NCBI GenBank assembly: GCA_964439545.1
Contig: CAYTOO010000001.1
Coordinates: forward strand, 208 to 64,207
DNA: 64,000 bases
From: an uncultured Oscillospiraceae bacterium
GTDB taxonomy: Bacteria; Bacillota; Clostridia; Oscillospirales; Oscillospiraceae
Reading direction: 5' to 3'
Shown here piece after piece: positions 30,029 to 39,318 of the stretch (its first letter is position 1; every line of letters starts with the position of its first letter). The notes under the pieces were generated by a model. It saw nothing but the letters and a program-made list of their open reading frames with translations, was not told the DNA's origin and did no database searches. Position numbers and translations under genes: made by a program.

Positions 30029-30040
30029 TCACTACATAAT

Positions 30041-30073
30041 AAAAAACGCTCTGCCGATGGCAGAGCGTTTTTT
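30041..30073. terminator. Bidirectional intrinsic terminator
   Basis: aaaaaacgctctgcc-gat-ggcagagcgtttttt between convergent genes. Confidence 0.85.
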
Positions 30074-30100
30074 TACTACTATTATATTAAATTGTTTTAC

Positions 30101-30988
30101 TCACTGCCGCTTCAGCATTTCCAAGAACAAGGCCAGCGCGGGATTTTCATTGCCCCGCAGCCAAGCAGCGCAGGAATAAGCTTCATTAAGGGGGATCTCG
30201 GGGATCAAGCGGACAGAGGGGTTAGCTGCCACATTGGTATGTCCGTTGATGATACCAAAGCCCAAGCCAGCCTCGATCCATAGGGCAAGGGTGGGTAGGT
30301 TGGGTGCGTAGCGGGTGTTGAAAGACATCAATCCCTTACTCTTGAAGAACTCCGTGGTCATCTCCGCGCCCATGCGGCTATCCTCGGGAGAGATAATAAG
30401 CATGGTCTCCTTCACCAGCTCCTCGGGGGTAATACATTCCTGCTGTGCGATAGGCAGCTTTTTAGAGATAGCGAAATAAGCCTTTTCAGCAGTGTCACCG
30501 TGGGCATACATCTCCACATCTTCCTCATCCATTACATCGAAGTGGATGGTAAAGATGAGATCCAATTTGCCGTTATGCATCTGACGGCGCAGGTCGCCGA
30601 AAGAGCCTTGGCAAATCTGGAGGCTGATATTGGGATATTGCTGCATGAAGCTGTAGAATATATCCACGATCTCGGGATCAAGACGCTGCCCCTCCAACAG
30701 GCCAATATCGAGAACGCCCGTATAACCGCGACCCACCGTCTGCACCTGGTCAACGACCTGCTCGTAGGTTTCCATCAACGGGCGCAGCTTCTCTGCCAGC
30801 AATGCTCCTGCAGGAGTAAGGCGCACATTGCGCTGATTGCGGATAAACAGCTGCGTGTTCAGTTCCTGCTCAATGGAGTTGATCTGGCGGCTCAAACCTG
30901 GTTGGGAGAGGTAGAGCCGTGCAGCGGCACGGGTATAATTCAACGTCTCAGCCAGGGCCAAAAAGCATTTGATCTGTGTCGTATTCAT
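30101..30988 (-). CDS. LysR-family transcriptional regulator
   Basis: LNYTRAAARLYLSQPGLSRQI...LFIR...LTPAG. Confidence 0.92.
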   Translation of the reverse strand: MNTTQIKCFLALAETLNYTRAAARLYLSQPGLSRQINSIEQELNTQLFIRNQRNVRLTPAGALLAEKLRPLMETYEQVVDQVQTVGRGYTGVLDIGLLEGQRLDPEIVDIFYSFMQQYPNISLQICQGSFGDLRRQMHNGKLDLIFTIHFDVMDEEDVEMYAHGDTAEKAYFAISKKLPIAQQECITPEELVKETMLIISPEDSRMGAEMTTEFFKSKGLMSFNTRYAPNLPTLALWIEAGLGFGIINGHTNVAANPSVRLIPEIPLNEAYSCAAWLRGNENPALALFLEMLKRQ

Positions 30989-31007
30989 GGCACATTCCCT
31001 TTCTTAT

Positions 31008-31042
31008 CAAAAACACGCCTCATCATTGCTTGATGAGGCGTG
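31008..31042 (-). terminator. Intrinsic terminator after DUF2284 gene
   Basis: cacgcctcatca-loop-tgatgaggcgtg followed by a U-tract on the minus strand. Confidence 0.7.
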
Positions 31043-31054
31043 CTGTGAGATGCC

Positions 31055-31588
31055 TTAATCCAGCAAGATGCAGCTCGTATAGGTCATGGTATTCTTTCCG
31101 TAGTAATATTCCAATCCTGCGGAGGTGCAGGTATCGCTTACCAGCAGACCGTAAGCCTCCATGGAGGGGAACATCAACTCGGGGTGGCGGCAAGGCTCGG
31201 GGTAAGCACACTGCGGGCAGAGGGTGCAAGTACCCGCGCTCATGCCGAGGCAGTTGGGGAACTCCTTCTGCAGCAGCTTGATGGTCTCAAAAAAGCGCTT
31301 CTTCTGCAGCTTCTCCGTCTCCATAATGCACTCCACATCGAAATCGTCCTCCATCTGTCCCGTGGACTGGATGACGATGCCGCGGCGATACTGCATGGCG
31401 CGGTCGGTGATCTCCTCCAGCGTGCCGCAGGCAGGCGGGCAGGCCCAGCTTTTACCGTAGGAATGACAGCGGTTGGCGCTGCACATATCACGCACCTCGG
31501 GGAGGAACTTCAACTCCTTGGGGTCGATTTCGCCCACATGGTCAAAACCGACCTCCAAAGCCATGGCAATTACCTGTTCTGTCGTCAT
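31055..31588 (-). CDS. DUF2284 Cys-rich metal-binding protein
   Basis: VRDMCSANRCHSYGKSWACPP, GTCTLCPQC...PCRHP, SMEAYG. Confidence 0.85.
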   Translation of the reverse strand: MTTEQVIAMALEVGFDHVGEIDPKELKFLPEVRDMCSANRCHSYGKSWACPPACGTLEEITDRAMQYRRGIVIQSTGQMEDDFDVECIMETEKLQKKRFFETIKLLQKEFPNCLGMSAGTCTLCPQCAYPEPCRHPELMFPSMEAYGLLVSDTCTSAGLEYYYGKNTMTYTSCILLD

Positions 31589-31733
31589 TACTGCGTTCTC
31601 CCTGTCATTTTTCTTGATTATAGCACGAAGTGGCTATCGATTCAATAAGAAAACCACATCATATCATGCATGTTCTCTATTGCAACTCCCCCACTCTTTC
31701 GGCTATAATAGAGGGCAATAGTGAGGTGTTATT

Positions 31734-33248
31734 ATGACCATTTTCGTACAGCAAGGACAAGAGCAGAAAGAAATCACATTTACTGCAGGTCAGACGCTGT
31801 TAGAGATCCTCCGTGAGGCGGGATATGAGGTGTCCGCTCCCTGCGGCGGCAACGGCACATGCGGTAAGTGTACGGTGTATATTGCAGGTGAAGCCCATCT
31901 CGCCTGTCAAACCGAGGCCACAGACGGCATGGTGGTGGAGCTGCCCCATACCGCCGAGTTGGAGGTGGCGCTGGGCAGCGATGCCGTGTTCGCCTGCGAC
32001 AGCGGCTTAAGTGGCTACGGCGTGGCGGTGGATATTGGTACCACCACCGTTGCCTGCCATTTGGTGAACTTGGAAAACGGCAAGACCGTTGCCGTGGCAG
32101 GCGAGGGCAATGCCCAGCGCAGCTATGGTGCAGATGTCATCTCCCGTATTCAAGCCTCTGTGGAGGGTCGCCTTGATGAGATGGCTGAGGTCATCCGCAA
32201 ACAGCTGGGTGAGCTTATTGAAGGCTTGTGCCGCGAGGCGAAGGTCTCCCCCACCGAGGTGCGCTTTATGACGGTGGCGGCCAACACCACCATGTGCCAC
32301 ATTTTGGCGGGGCTGAAACCCGATACCATCGGTGTCGCTCCCTTTACACCCCTGTCCCTTTTCGGCGATTACTACGATGCCAAGGCATGGGGACTTCCCT
32401 TCGATGGACAGGTCTATCTCGCACCCTCCGTGTCGGGCTATGTGGGCGGCGATATTACTGCCGACCTCTTGGCGGTGGATATGGACAAGGCAAGTAAGCC
32501 CGTGCTGCTCATTGACGTGGGTACCAACGGCGAGATGGCCTTGGGCTGCGGCGACAAGTTCGTGTGCTGCTCCACGGCGGCAGGCCCTGCCTTTGAGGGC
32601 GCACAGATCCGCTTCGGTATGACGGCGGCAGAGGGTGCAGTATCCTCCGTGGAATATCACGATGGCGTGCTGGAATGCAAGGTCATCGGTGACGTGGAGG
32701 CCAAGGGTATCTGCGGCTCGGGCCTCATTGATGCCATCGCCGTCATGCTGGAAGTAGGCGCACTGGATGAAACAGGCCGCGTCCTCGACATTGACGAAGA
32801 TGACGATATTCCCGAAGAGGCACTTCCCTTCCTGACCCTCCTCGATGATGAGCCCGCTTTCCGTCTGACGGAGCAGATCTATGTGACCCAGTCTGATGTC
32901 CGTAAGGTGCAGTTGGGCAAGGGTGCTATCGCCGCAGGTATCCAAGTACTGATCGATACCTCCGATGTGGACTATAAGGACATCGGCGCGCTGCTGCTGG
33001 CAGGAGGCTTTGGCAGCTTCATCCGTCCTGCAAGCGCCGCACGCATCGGTCTTATCTCCGCGGAGCTCCTCGATGTCACCAAGGCAGTGGGCAATACCGC
33101 CGCCGTTGGCGCAAAGATGGCGCTGGTCTCCGCCGAAGCCCGTGAGCGTCTTGATAAGCTGCAGAAGGCCATGGACTACCAAGAGCTCTCCGGTCTCGCC
33201 GCATTCAACACGGCGTACATGGAGAAGATGATGTTCTTGGACGACTAA
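31734..33248 (+). CDS. ASKHA ATPase with N-terminal [2Fe-2S]: reductive activator of corrinoid proteins (RACE/DUF4445)
   Basis: CGGNGTCGKC...LAC, AVDIGTTT, YGADVISRI, DVGTNGE, STAAGPAFEG, GICGSG, LAGGFG. Confidence 0.88.
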   Translation: MTIFVQQGQEQKEITFTAGQTLLEILREAGYEVSAPCGGNGTCGKCTVYIAGEAHLACQTEATDGMVVELPHTAELEVALGSDAVFACDSGLSGYGVAVDIGTTTVACHLVNLENGKTVAVAGEGNAQRSYGADVISRIQASVEGRLDEMAEVIRKQLGELIEGLCREAKVSPTEVRFMTVAANTTMCHILAGLKPDTIGVAPFTPLSLFGDYYDAKAWGLPFDGQVYLAPSVSGYVGGDITADLLAVDMDKASKPVLLIDVGTNGEMALGCGDKFVCCSTAAGPAFEGAQIRFGMTAAEGAVSSVEYHDGVLECKVIGDVEAKGICGSGLIDAIAVMLEVGALDETGRVLDIDEDDDIPEEALPFLTLLDDEPAFRLTEQIYVTQSDVRKVQLGKGAIAAGIQVLIDTSDVDYKDIGALLLAGGFGSFIRPASAARIGLISAELLDVTKAVGNTAAVGAKMALVSAEARERLDKLQKAMDYQELSGLAAFNTAYMEKMMFLDD

Positions 33249-33263
33249 AAACGAGGTATACAT

Positions 33264-33929
33264 ATGTGGGAAACGCTCCAATCCATCGTGCCCGATTATA
33301 AACTGCTGAACACCGACAGCCGCAGCATCAACCGTGAAGGGCCTTACTTTGTCACCTCCGAAGAGCAAGTAGCCGCACTTGCCGCCAATAATGTCCCATC
33401 GGAGCAGGTGTATATTGCCGTCAGCTGCCTTTCGGATGAGAATATTGCGCGCGCTATCGGAAAGTGCCGCTTTGTGGCAGACAGTTTGGATGACCTGCGC
33501 CGACTCGATGGCATTGCAGCAAAAAAAGAGCAGGGCGAACAGCTTGTTTCTGTCGGTCTGCGCCTGATCCCCACCGCCTATGATGACGGCAGTCAATACG
33601 GCGTTCGTGAAGCTGAACTAACAGCTCTCTCGGAAGAGATCAGAACCCTTTCCGCTGTTTCCGTCCGCGGCTGTTTTATTCAAGGGCACATAGATGGTCT
33701 ACACGGGAAGGACTTAGGTCGCTATTTCCGCAACTGCTATGAGCTTTCAAAGCGTATGACGGTGATCCTCCCCTGCGCCATGCCATATCTGTGCATCATC
33801 GGCGGTGCAGATGCGGTGCAGTATAACCTCCACGAACACCCCGAGAGCCTGTCCGAGTTCCGGCGGGCGGCACAGATCGTTGCTATGCAGAATAATACCG
33901 CATTTTATGCCAAGCTGCTGCTCCTGTAA
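33264..33929 (+). CDS. Degenerate, barrel-only homolog of fold-type III PLP decarboxylase
   Basis: Aligns by eye with 40626-41834 (VADSL/IADSL, GLRLIP/GIRMNP, LGRYFRN/LGRCYRD) but lacks the KAN lysine and the C-terminal domain. Confidence 0.6.
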   Translation: MWETLQSIVPDYKLLNTDSRSINREGPYFVTSEEQVAALAANNVPSEQVYIAVSCLSDENIARAIGKCRFVADSLDDLRRLDGIAAKKEQGEQLVSVGLRLIPTAYDDGSQYGVREAELTALSEEIRTLSAVSVRGCFIQGHIDGLHGKDLGRYFRNCYELSKRMTVILPCAMPYLCIIGGADAVQYNLHEHPESLSEFRRAAQIVAMQNNTAFYAKLLLL

Positions 33930-33955
33930 TAAACTAACCTCCCTCATACATAGAA

Positions 33956-33990
33956 CAAGACCACCCTTGCGGGTGGTCTTGCTGTTTTAC
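33956..33990. terminator. Intrinsic terminator between convergent genes
   Basis: caagaccaccc-ttgc-gggtggtcttg followed by ctgtttt. Confidence 0.75.
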
Positions 33991-33992
33991 TA

Positions 33993-34811
33993 TCAAATGC
34001 CGAACTTGGTGAGGAAATCCTCCAACAGGTTCATGCAGACCGTTTTGCGGTACTCAGCACTGACACGTCCCTGCGTCAGCACCATACGCTCACCGTAGGC
34101 TTCCAGATACTCGCCCTTCAAAGCCTTGGCTTCCTCGATGGTCTTGCCGATAAGCATCTGCTCAATATCCTTGAAGCGGAGGACTGTGCCTGCCACAGCG
34201 CCAAAAGCCGCGGCAATATTGGTGATCTTTCCATCCTCTTGGGCAAAAACGCCGGCGAAAGATACACGGGAAATGGCTAGTGCCTCACGGCCGCCCACTT
34301 TCTGGTAGGAGTACTGCTCCAAGCCGCTCTTAGGCAGCAGGATCTCAGCGATCAGCTCATGGTTGCTGAGATCAAGTTCTTTTCTGCCGCGGTAGAACTG
34401 ATCCACATCGATGATGCGCTCCCCATCCAGAGAGACGATCCGCAGTTTGGCATCTGCCACGAACTCGATCAGCACAGAGTCGGCCTTGGCAGAGCCGTTG
34501 CCCAGGTTGCCGCCGAAAGTACCGGCGTTACGGATGGCGGGAGCAGCAATGCGGGAGACGGCCTCCTTCATCAACTGCGGGACACGGTCATCTGCCAGCG
34601 CCTCAGTGAAGGTCACAGCAGCACCGATGCGGACATAGGTATCGTCCACGGCAATATTTTTCAGCTCGGGGACTTTGCTCAAGAAAAGATATTCCTGATT
34701 GGGCTTATTTTCCACCATAAGGTCAGTACCGCCGGCATAGGGCGTCAGATCATAGCGGCTGCGAAGCTCCAACGCCTCCTGCAGGGAGGTTGCAACATAT
34801 CCATTTACCAT
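33993..34811 (-). CDS. Xanthine-dehydrogenase-family FAD-binding subunit
   Basis: AGGTDL, IRNAGTFGGNL, YQKVGGREALAIS; start MVNG overlapping the 2Fe-2S gene. Confidence 0.88.
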   Translation of the reverse strand: MVNGYVATSLQEALELRSRYDLTPYAGGTDLMVENKPNQEYLFLSKVPELKNIAVDDTYVRIGAAVTFTEALADDRVPQLMKEAVSRIAAPAIRNAGTFGGNLGNGSAKADSVLIEFVADAKLRIVSLDGERIIDVDQFYRGRKELDLSNHELIAEILLPKSGLEQYSYQKVGGREALAISRVSFAGVFAQEDGKITNIAAAFGAVAGTVLRFKDIEQMLIGKTIEEAKALKGEYLEAYGERMVLTQGRVSAEYRKTVCMNLLEDFLTKFGI

Positions 34812-35278
34812 AAACCATTGCCCTCCTTTGCTGCGATATTCACCGCATTGATGATTGCATTGTAACCGGTGCAGCGGCACAGGTTGCCGGACAGCGCCTC
34901 GCGGATCTGATCCTCGGTGGGATGTGCGTTTTTGGAAAGCAGCGCTTCTGCTGCCAGGATCATGCCGGGAATGCAGAAACCGCACTGCACAGCAGACACC
35001 TCGGCAAAGGCCTTATCCAGCACTGCAAAACGCTCGGTCTCGCGGAAACCCTCCAGCGTTACCACATCGTCACCTGCCACAGCACCCATGGCCACACAGC
35101 AGGAGTTGATAAGCGTACCGTTGATGAGAACAGAGCAAGCACCGCACTCACCTTCTTTACAACCGCACTTGACACTGGTCATGTGGAAGGTTTCACGCAG
35201 TACATCCAGAAGGCGGTCGGTGGTACTGCCCACATACGCAACTTCTTTCCCGTTCAGTTGGAAACGAATCGCATCCAT
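34805..35278 (-). CDS. Xanthine-dehydrogenase-family 2x[2Fe-2S] subunit
   Basis: GCKEGECGACSV, QCGFCIPG, GNLCRCTGY. Confidence 0.92.
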   Translation of the reverse strand: MDAIRFQLNGKEVAYVGSTTDRLLDVLRETFHMTSVKCGCKEGECGACSVLINGTLINSCCVAMGAVAGDDVVTLEGFRETERFAVLDKAFAEVSAVQCGFCIPGMILAAEALLSKNAHPTEDQIREALSGNLCRCTGYNAIINAVNIAAKEGNGLW

Positions 35279-35279
35279 A

Positions 35280-37406
35280 TCATTTGCCCTCCTTCATGAT
35301 TTCTTTCAGAGTATCTTCAGCGGTAAAGGGTGCGTGGTTCAGCTTGACACCGTTACCCAACGCCTGCTCCACAGCTTCCACGTAAGCACCCGGTGCGCCG
35401 ACCAGAGGCAGCTCGCCTGCGCCCTTGGCACCGTAAGGGCCATCGGGGTATTTCTCCACGTGCAGCATGCACTTGAGATTGGGCACATCCTTGGTGGTGG
35501 GGATCAGATAATCGGAGAAGGAGTTGTTACGGATGCGGCCCTTATTGTCATAGTCCATCTTCTCAATGGAGGCATAGCCGATGCCCTGCAGGAAGCCACC
35601 CTCCATCTGACCCATGACGATGTTGTAGTCAATAGGCGTACCCACATCGAAAGAACCGTAAGCGCCCAGGATCTTGGAGATACCCGTGTAGGTATCCACC
35701 TCCACCTCGATGGCATTGACAGCCCATGCATAGGTGGGATAGGCATCGCCCTGGAACTTATCCAAATAGAAGGGGATCATGAAGTCGGGCTCTTTGAAGC
35801 GCTCCTCCACTTCCTGCTCCTCACCGGACTTCCAGATGGTCCTCAGCTTGATGGCGGCGCGGCGCAGCAGTTCACCGACGACCATCAGAGAACGGGATGC
35901 CACGGTAGGGCCGGAATCCGGCACGCGGGCGGTGTCGGGATGGTTATAGTAGACCTTTTCCAAGGGGAGATTCAGCTCATTTGCCACGATCTTGGGGAAG
36001 GTGGTGCGCAGACCCTGACCGATCTCACCGTTGGCTGCCAGCACCTCCACCGTGTCATCGGCATATTTGCGCAGCTTGACAACGGCCTTGATGTGATCCC
36101 GCTCGCCCGAGCCGGTGAAACCGGCGCCGTGGAAATACAGGGACATGCCGATACCCTTGCGGTAGCGTCCGGTCTGAGGCTCGGCGTATTCCTTGTGCTT
36201 GCGGCGGAAATCGCAGGCCTTATCCACCTCGTCGATCATGGCGGGAATGGGTACGGGGAAGTGATATTTGCCGGAGGTCGAGGTGGCATCCCCTTGCTTG
36301 GCAAGATTTGCCTCCTTAAATTCCAGAGAATCAACGCCCAGATCCTGCGCGATGTGATCCATCATCATCTCCACCGCAAAGAAGGTCTGCGGTGCGCCGA
36401 AACCGCGGTAAGCACCGCTGGGCGTGGTGTTGGTCTTCAGTGCGCGACCATGGACATGGAGATTTTCCACGTTATATACACCGCTGGCGCAGATGATACC
36501 GCGCTGCAGCACCACGGCAGAGAGGGTGGTGTAAGCACCGGCGTTGAACTTCACATCGATGTCCATAGCCGTTACCTTGCCATCCTTCACCGCCACCTTA
36601 TAGGTGCACAGAGAGGGGTGGCGCTTGGAGGTGAACTCCAGATCCTCGCGGCGGTCAAAGACGCAGCGGACGGGGGCATTGGCCTTCTTGGCAGCCACCG
36701 CTACCTGACAGCCCAAAATGGAGGGAAATGCCTCCTTGCCGCCAAAGCCGCCACCGGTCACATCCTGCATGATGTGAACCTCATCGGGAGCGCAGCCCAA
36801 AGCGCGCATGACTGCGCCGTGGACATAGTAGGCACACTGCAAAGAGCCGTGGACGAACATCTTGCCGCCCTCTTCCGGCGTTGCCATCATGCCCTGTGTC
36901 TCCAGATAGGCCTGCTCCTGATGGCCGGTGATGAACTCCTCTTCATAGACCTTATCGGCCTCTGCAAAGGCTTTTTCTACATCGCCCTTTCCGTATTCAT
37001 AGTTAAAAAATACGGTATCTGCCTTACGCAGATCCAAAACGGGCTCCAGCTCTTCATATTCCACCTTGCAAAGGCTCAGAAGATGCTCCACCATCTCCTT
37101 ATCGGGACCCACCAGCATACCGATGGGCTCACCTACATACTCCACCGTTTCGCGGGCATAGACCGGCGTATCATCCATAACGATGTTGACATTGTTATCA
37201 CCCGGCACATCGTTGGCATCCACGTAGAAGTAGCCCTCGGGCAGAGGGGGGATCTCCACGCTGAGCAGCTTGGCACGCGCCAGCTTGGAACGGAGCATTT
37301 TGCCGATCAGTACGCCTTCATCGGGATAATCTCCCACATACATACTGCGGCCCGATACCTTGGGTGCGTGGTCTTTTTTTACGACAGACTTACTGATGTT
37401 TTCCAT
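35280..37406 (-). CDS. Xanthine-dehydrogenase-family molybdopterin-binding subunit
   Basis: GGGFGGK, GAYRGFGAPQ, EIGQG, SGPTVASR, GQMEGG, YGAKGAGE. Confidence 0.92.
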   Translation of the reverse strand: MENISKSVVKKDHAPKVSGRSMYVGDYPDEGVLIGKMLRSKLARAKLLSVEIPPLPEGYFYVDANDVPGDNNVNIVMDDTPVYARETVEYVGEPIGMLVGPDKEMVEHLLSLCKVEYEELEPVLDLRKADTVFFNYEYGKGDVEKAFAEADKVYEEEFITGHQEQAYLETQGMMATPEEGGKMFVHGSLQCAYYVHGAVMRALGCAPDEVHIMQDVTGGGFGGKEAFPSILGCQVAVAAKKANAPVRCVFDRREDLEFTSKRHPSLCTYKVAVKDGKVTAMDIDVKFNAGAYTTLSAVVLQRGIICASGVYNVENLHVHGRALKTNTTPSGAYRGFGAPQTFFAVEMMMDHIAQDLGVDSLEFKEANLAKQGDATSTSGKYHFPVPIPAMIDEVDKACDFRRKHKEYAEPQTGRYRKGIGMSLYFHGAGFTGSGERDHIKAVVKLRKYADDTVEVLAANGEIGQGLRTTFPKIVANELNLPLEKVYYNHPDTARVPDSGPTVASRSLMVVGELLRRAAIKLRTIWKSGEEQEVEERFKEPDFMIPFYLDKFQGDAYPTYAWAVNAIEVEVDTYTGISKILGAYGSFDVGTPIDYNIVMGQMEGGFLQGIGYASIEKMDYDNKGRIRNNSFSDYLIPTTKDVPNLKCMLHVEKYPDGPYGAKGAGELPLVGAPGAYVEAVEQALGNGVKLNHAPFTAEDTLKEIMKEGK

Positions 37407-38041
37407 GCGCTGTACAACCTCCCGCTTATAAATTCGTATGTTTGCCTGCAGTTTTTATAATCCGCTTGTGTATCAAGATCCACCCATACGCCCTCATCAT
37501 CAACGGCAACGGTGCGGATCAAATCTGTATGCTGCTGCCAAAGCTGGCGAAGGCCACCGTCTCCTTGGAAGGCGATGATCTCCGGAATCAGCTGCGCATC
37601 CACCAGTGGCGGATGCTTGCGATAGCCCTCCAACGTTGGGAACACGATGCTCACGCCCTTTGTCGGGCGCTCAGACAGCAGCTTTTGAAAGGTGGCTTGC
37701 CGCACAACGGGCATATCTCCCGGCAGAAGGAAAAAAGCATCGCACTCCGGCATGGCCTGACAGCCTATGCGAATAGACTCCAGCATATCCGTGGTGGCAA
37801 AGTTCGGGTTTCGTGCAATGATCAGCTCAGAGCCATACTTGCTTCTCAGAAGCTCCTCCAGTTCTGCACCACGGTAGCCTGTCACGACCACTACCTGTGT
37901 TGCGCCGCCCAGCAGCACACTGTCGATGGTGTTTTCGATCAAAGTCTTTCCCCGCAGGGGCATGAGCGGTTTAAACTCTCCCATGCGGGAGGAGAGCCCT
38001 GCCGCCAAAATCAAGCCGCAGATCTTCGCTTTTGGATACAA
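37379..38041 (-). CDS. MocA-like molybdenum cofactor nucleotidyltransferase
   Basis: LAAGLSSRMGEFKPL, LPGDMP, KHPPL, GGLR, DLDT; probable TTG start at 38041. Confidence 0.82.
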   Translation of the reverse strand: MYPKAKICGLILAAGLSSRMGEFKPLMPLRGKTLIENTIDSVLLGGATQVVVVTGYRGAELEELLRSKYGSELIIARNPNFATTDMLESIRIGCQAMPECDAFFLLPGDMPVVRQATFQKLLSERPTKGVSIVFPTLEGYRKHPPLVDAQLIPEIIAFQGDGGLRQLWQQHTDLIRTVAVDDEGVWVDLDTQADYKNCRQTYEFISGRLYSAWKTSVSLS

Positions 38042-38069
38042 AAAACCACCCCTTCCACATGCAGACATT

Positions 38070-38093
38070 CATTATTCTCTAAAGAGAATAACG
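38070..38093 (-). promoter_or_regulatory. ModE-like palindromic box just downstream of a SigA promoter
   Basis: CGTTAT-N12-ATAATG (core TTATTCTCT-N2-AGAGAATAA); promoter TTGCTT(38131)-17-CATAAT(38108). Confidence 0.6.
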
Positions 38094-38159
38094 CCTATCT
38101 TCATTATGAAAGGGATGGTGCAGATAAGCAAGTTCTTCCTCGGAAGAACTTGCAGATAT

Positions 38160-39104
38160 TCACTGCATGATTTTTGACAGGATAAACAGTTCCTGAAATT
38201 GGGTTTGGGCGAACTGAAATACAGATTCCTCATACCGCTGACAGGCCAGCAAAAATTGTTCACCTTTCGCTGTCAGACAGGTATTTCCGCCGCTTTTGCC
38301 ACCTTGGGTACGCTCTACCACAAAGTAGCCCAGTTCCCGCTCCAGCTGATTGATCATCGACCATGCTTTTCCGTGAGAAATGGCCATGGCGGCACAGGCT
38401 TTACGCATATTTTTCGTGTCGGAGATGAGAAACAGCAGCAGTTTCAATCGGGCATTGAAAAAGGGCGTTTCACGCTCAAAACTGAGACGTACACGAGGAT
38501 GGAGAATGGCTTGATTGTGCATCGACAGTTGCTCCTGCAGTTCCGGTTCGTTGTGGACGCTGGTCAGGATACCTTTATCCTCAACAGAAACGAAAGAGCG
38601 CTTTTCCTCCAAAGCCAACAAAGCACCCCGCAGGCCACCTTCACCGTCATAGGCCAAAACATCATCGAGAATCGCCTCGGACAGCACCACAGGGTGTCCT
38701 GCACGCCCCTGATAGGAGGGAGAAATAATATCCCCCTCGGCATGGATCAGCTTGTTGAGGGTATCCGCCGTAAACATGGGGACATTCACAGGAGAGAACA
38801 CGACACGGTCACACTTCCCTTTCAAATACTCCATGCCGATCTTGGCAGAGTCGAACAGCTCCGGACAGGCAGGCTGCTCATTGGGAACAAAAATGACACC
38901 GTAATCGGACAGCTGATATTTTACCTTATCCTCATCAACGCCGGTGATCACAACGATAGGAAACACTCCAGCCTGATGAAAGGTGATTACAAGGCGCTGG
39001 ATGATGGGAATGGAGCCCACCTGCAGCATGGGCATGGCATCCTTTTGGCTGGCAGCAGCAATAATGCCTCCCACACGGCTGATTCGCATAGTATCATCTC
39101 CCAT
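38160..39104 (-). CDS. Fusion of degenerate MocA-like NTP-transferase domain and C-terminal ModE-type winged HTH; putative regulator
   Basis: IIAAASQK (degenerate LAAGxSxR), GHPVVL, GGLR; C-terminal MRKACAAMAISHGKAWSMINQLERELG...RTQGGKSGG.T.LT..G. Confidence 0.75.
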   Translation of the reverse strand: MGDDTMRISRVGGIIAAASQKDAMPMLQVGSIPIIQRLVITFHQAGVFPIVVITGVDEDKVKYQLSDYGVIFVPNEQPACPELFDSAKIGMEYLKGKCDRVVFSPVNVPMFTADTLNKLIHAEGDIISPSYQGRAGHPVVLSEAILDDVLAYDGEGGLRGALLALEEKRSFVSVEDKGILTSVHNEPELQEQLSMHNQAILHPRVRLSFERETPFFNARLKLLLFLISDTKNMRKACAAMAISHGKAWSMINQLERELGYFVVERTQGGKSGGNTCLTAKGEQFLLACQRYEESVFQFAQTQFQELFILSKIMQ

Positions 39105-39214
39105 ACCGTTATTTTTTTAATAGTACCACGCTTAGGCCGCAAATGCAAGATTTGGTCTTACCGAAAAGCTCATGATAAGCTTTCGTTTAGGAAAAAATAT
39201 AGCGGAATTGTACA

Positions 39215-39243
39215 TTGACCTTCGTCAAGAAATATGCTATATT
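39215..39243 (+). promoter_or_regulatory. SigA-like promoter of oadB
   Basis: TTGACC-17-TATATT with extended TG. Confidence 0.6.
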
Positions 39244-39318
39244 ACGGCTCTGCGCAAATATTTGCAACCATATTTCCCGGCAAACCAACGCGCAGGTGTC
39301 ATATAAGGAGAGTAATCT

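Noticed and set aside
34917..37460. 847-aa plus-strand ORF
   Set aside because: Antisense shadow of the xanthine-dehydrogenase genes; no motifs, explained by codon bias.
39244..39318. Na+-sensing riboswitch upstream of oadB
   Set aside because: I cannot match it to a known consensus by eye; needs an Rfam scan.
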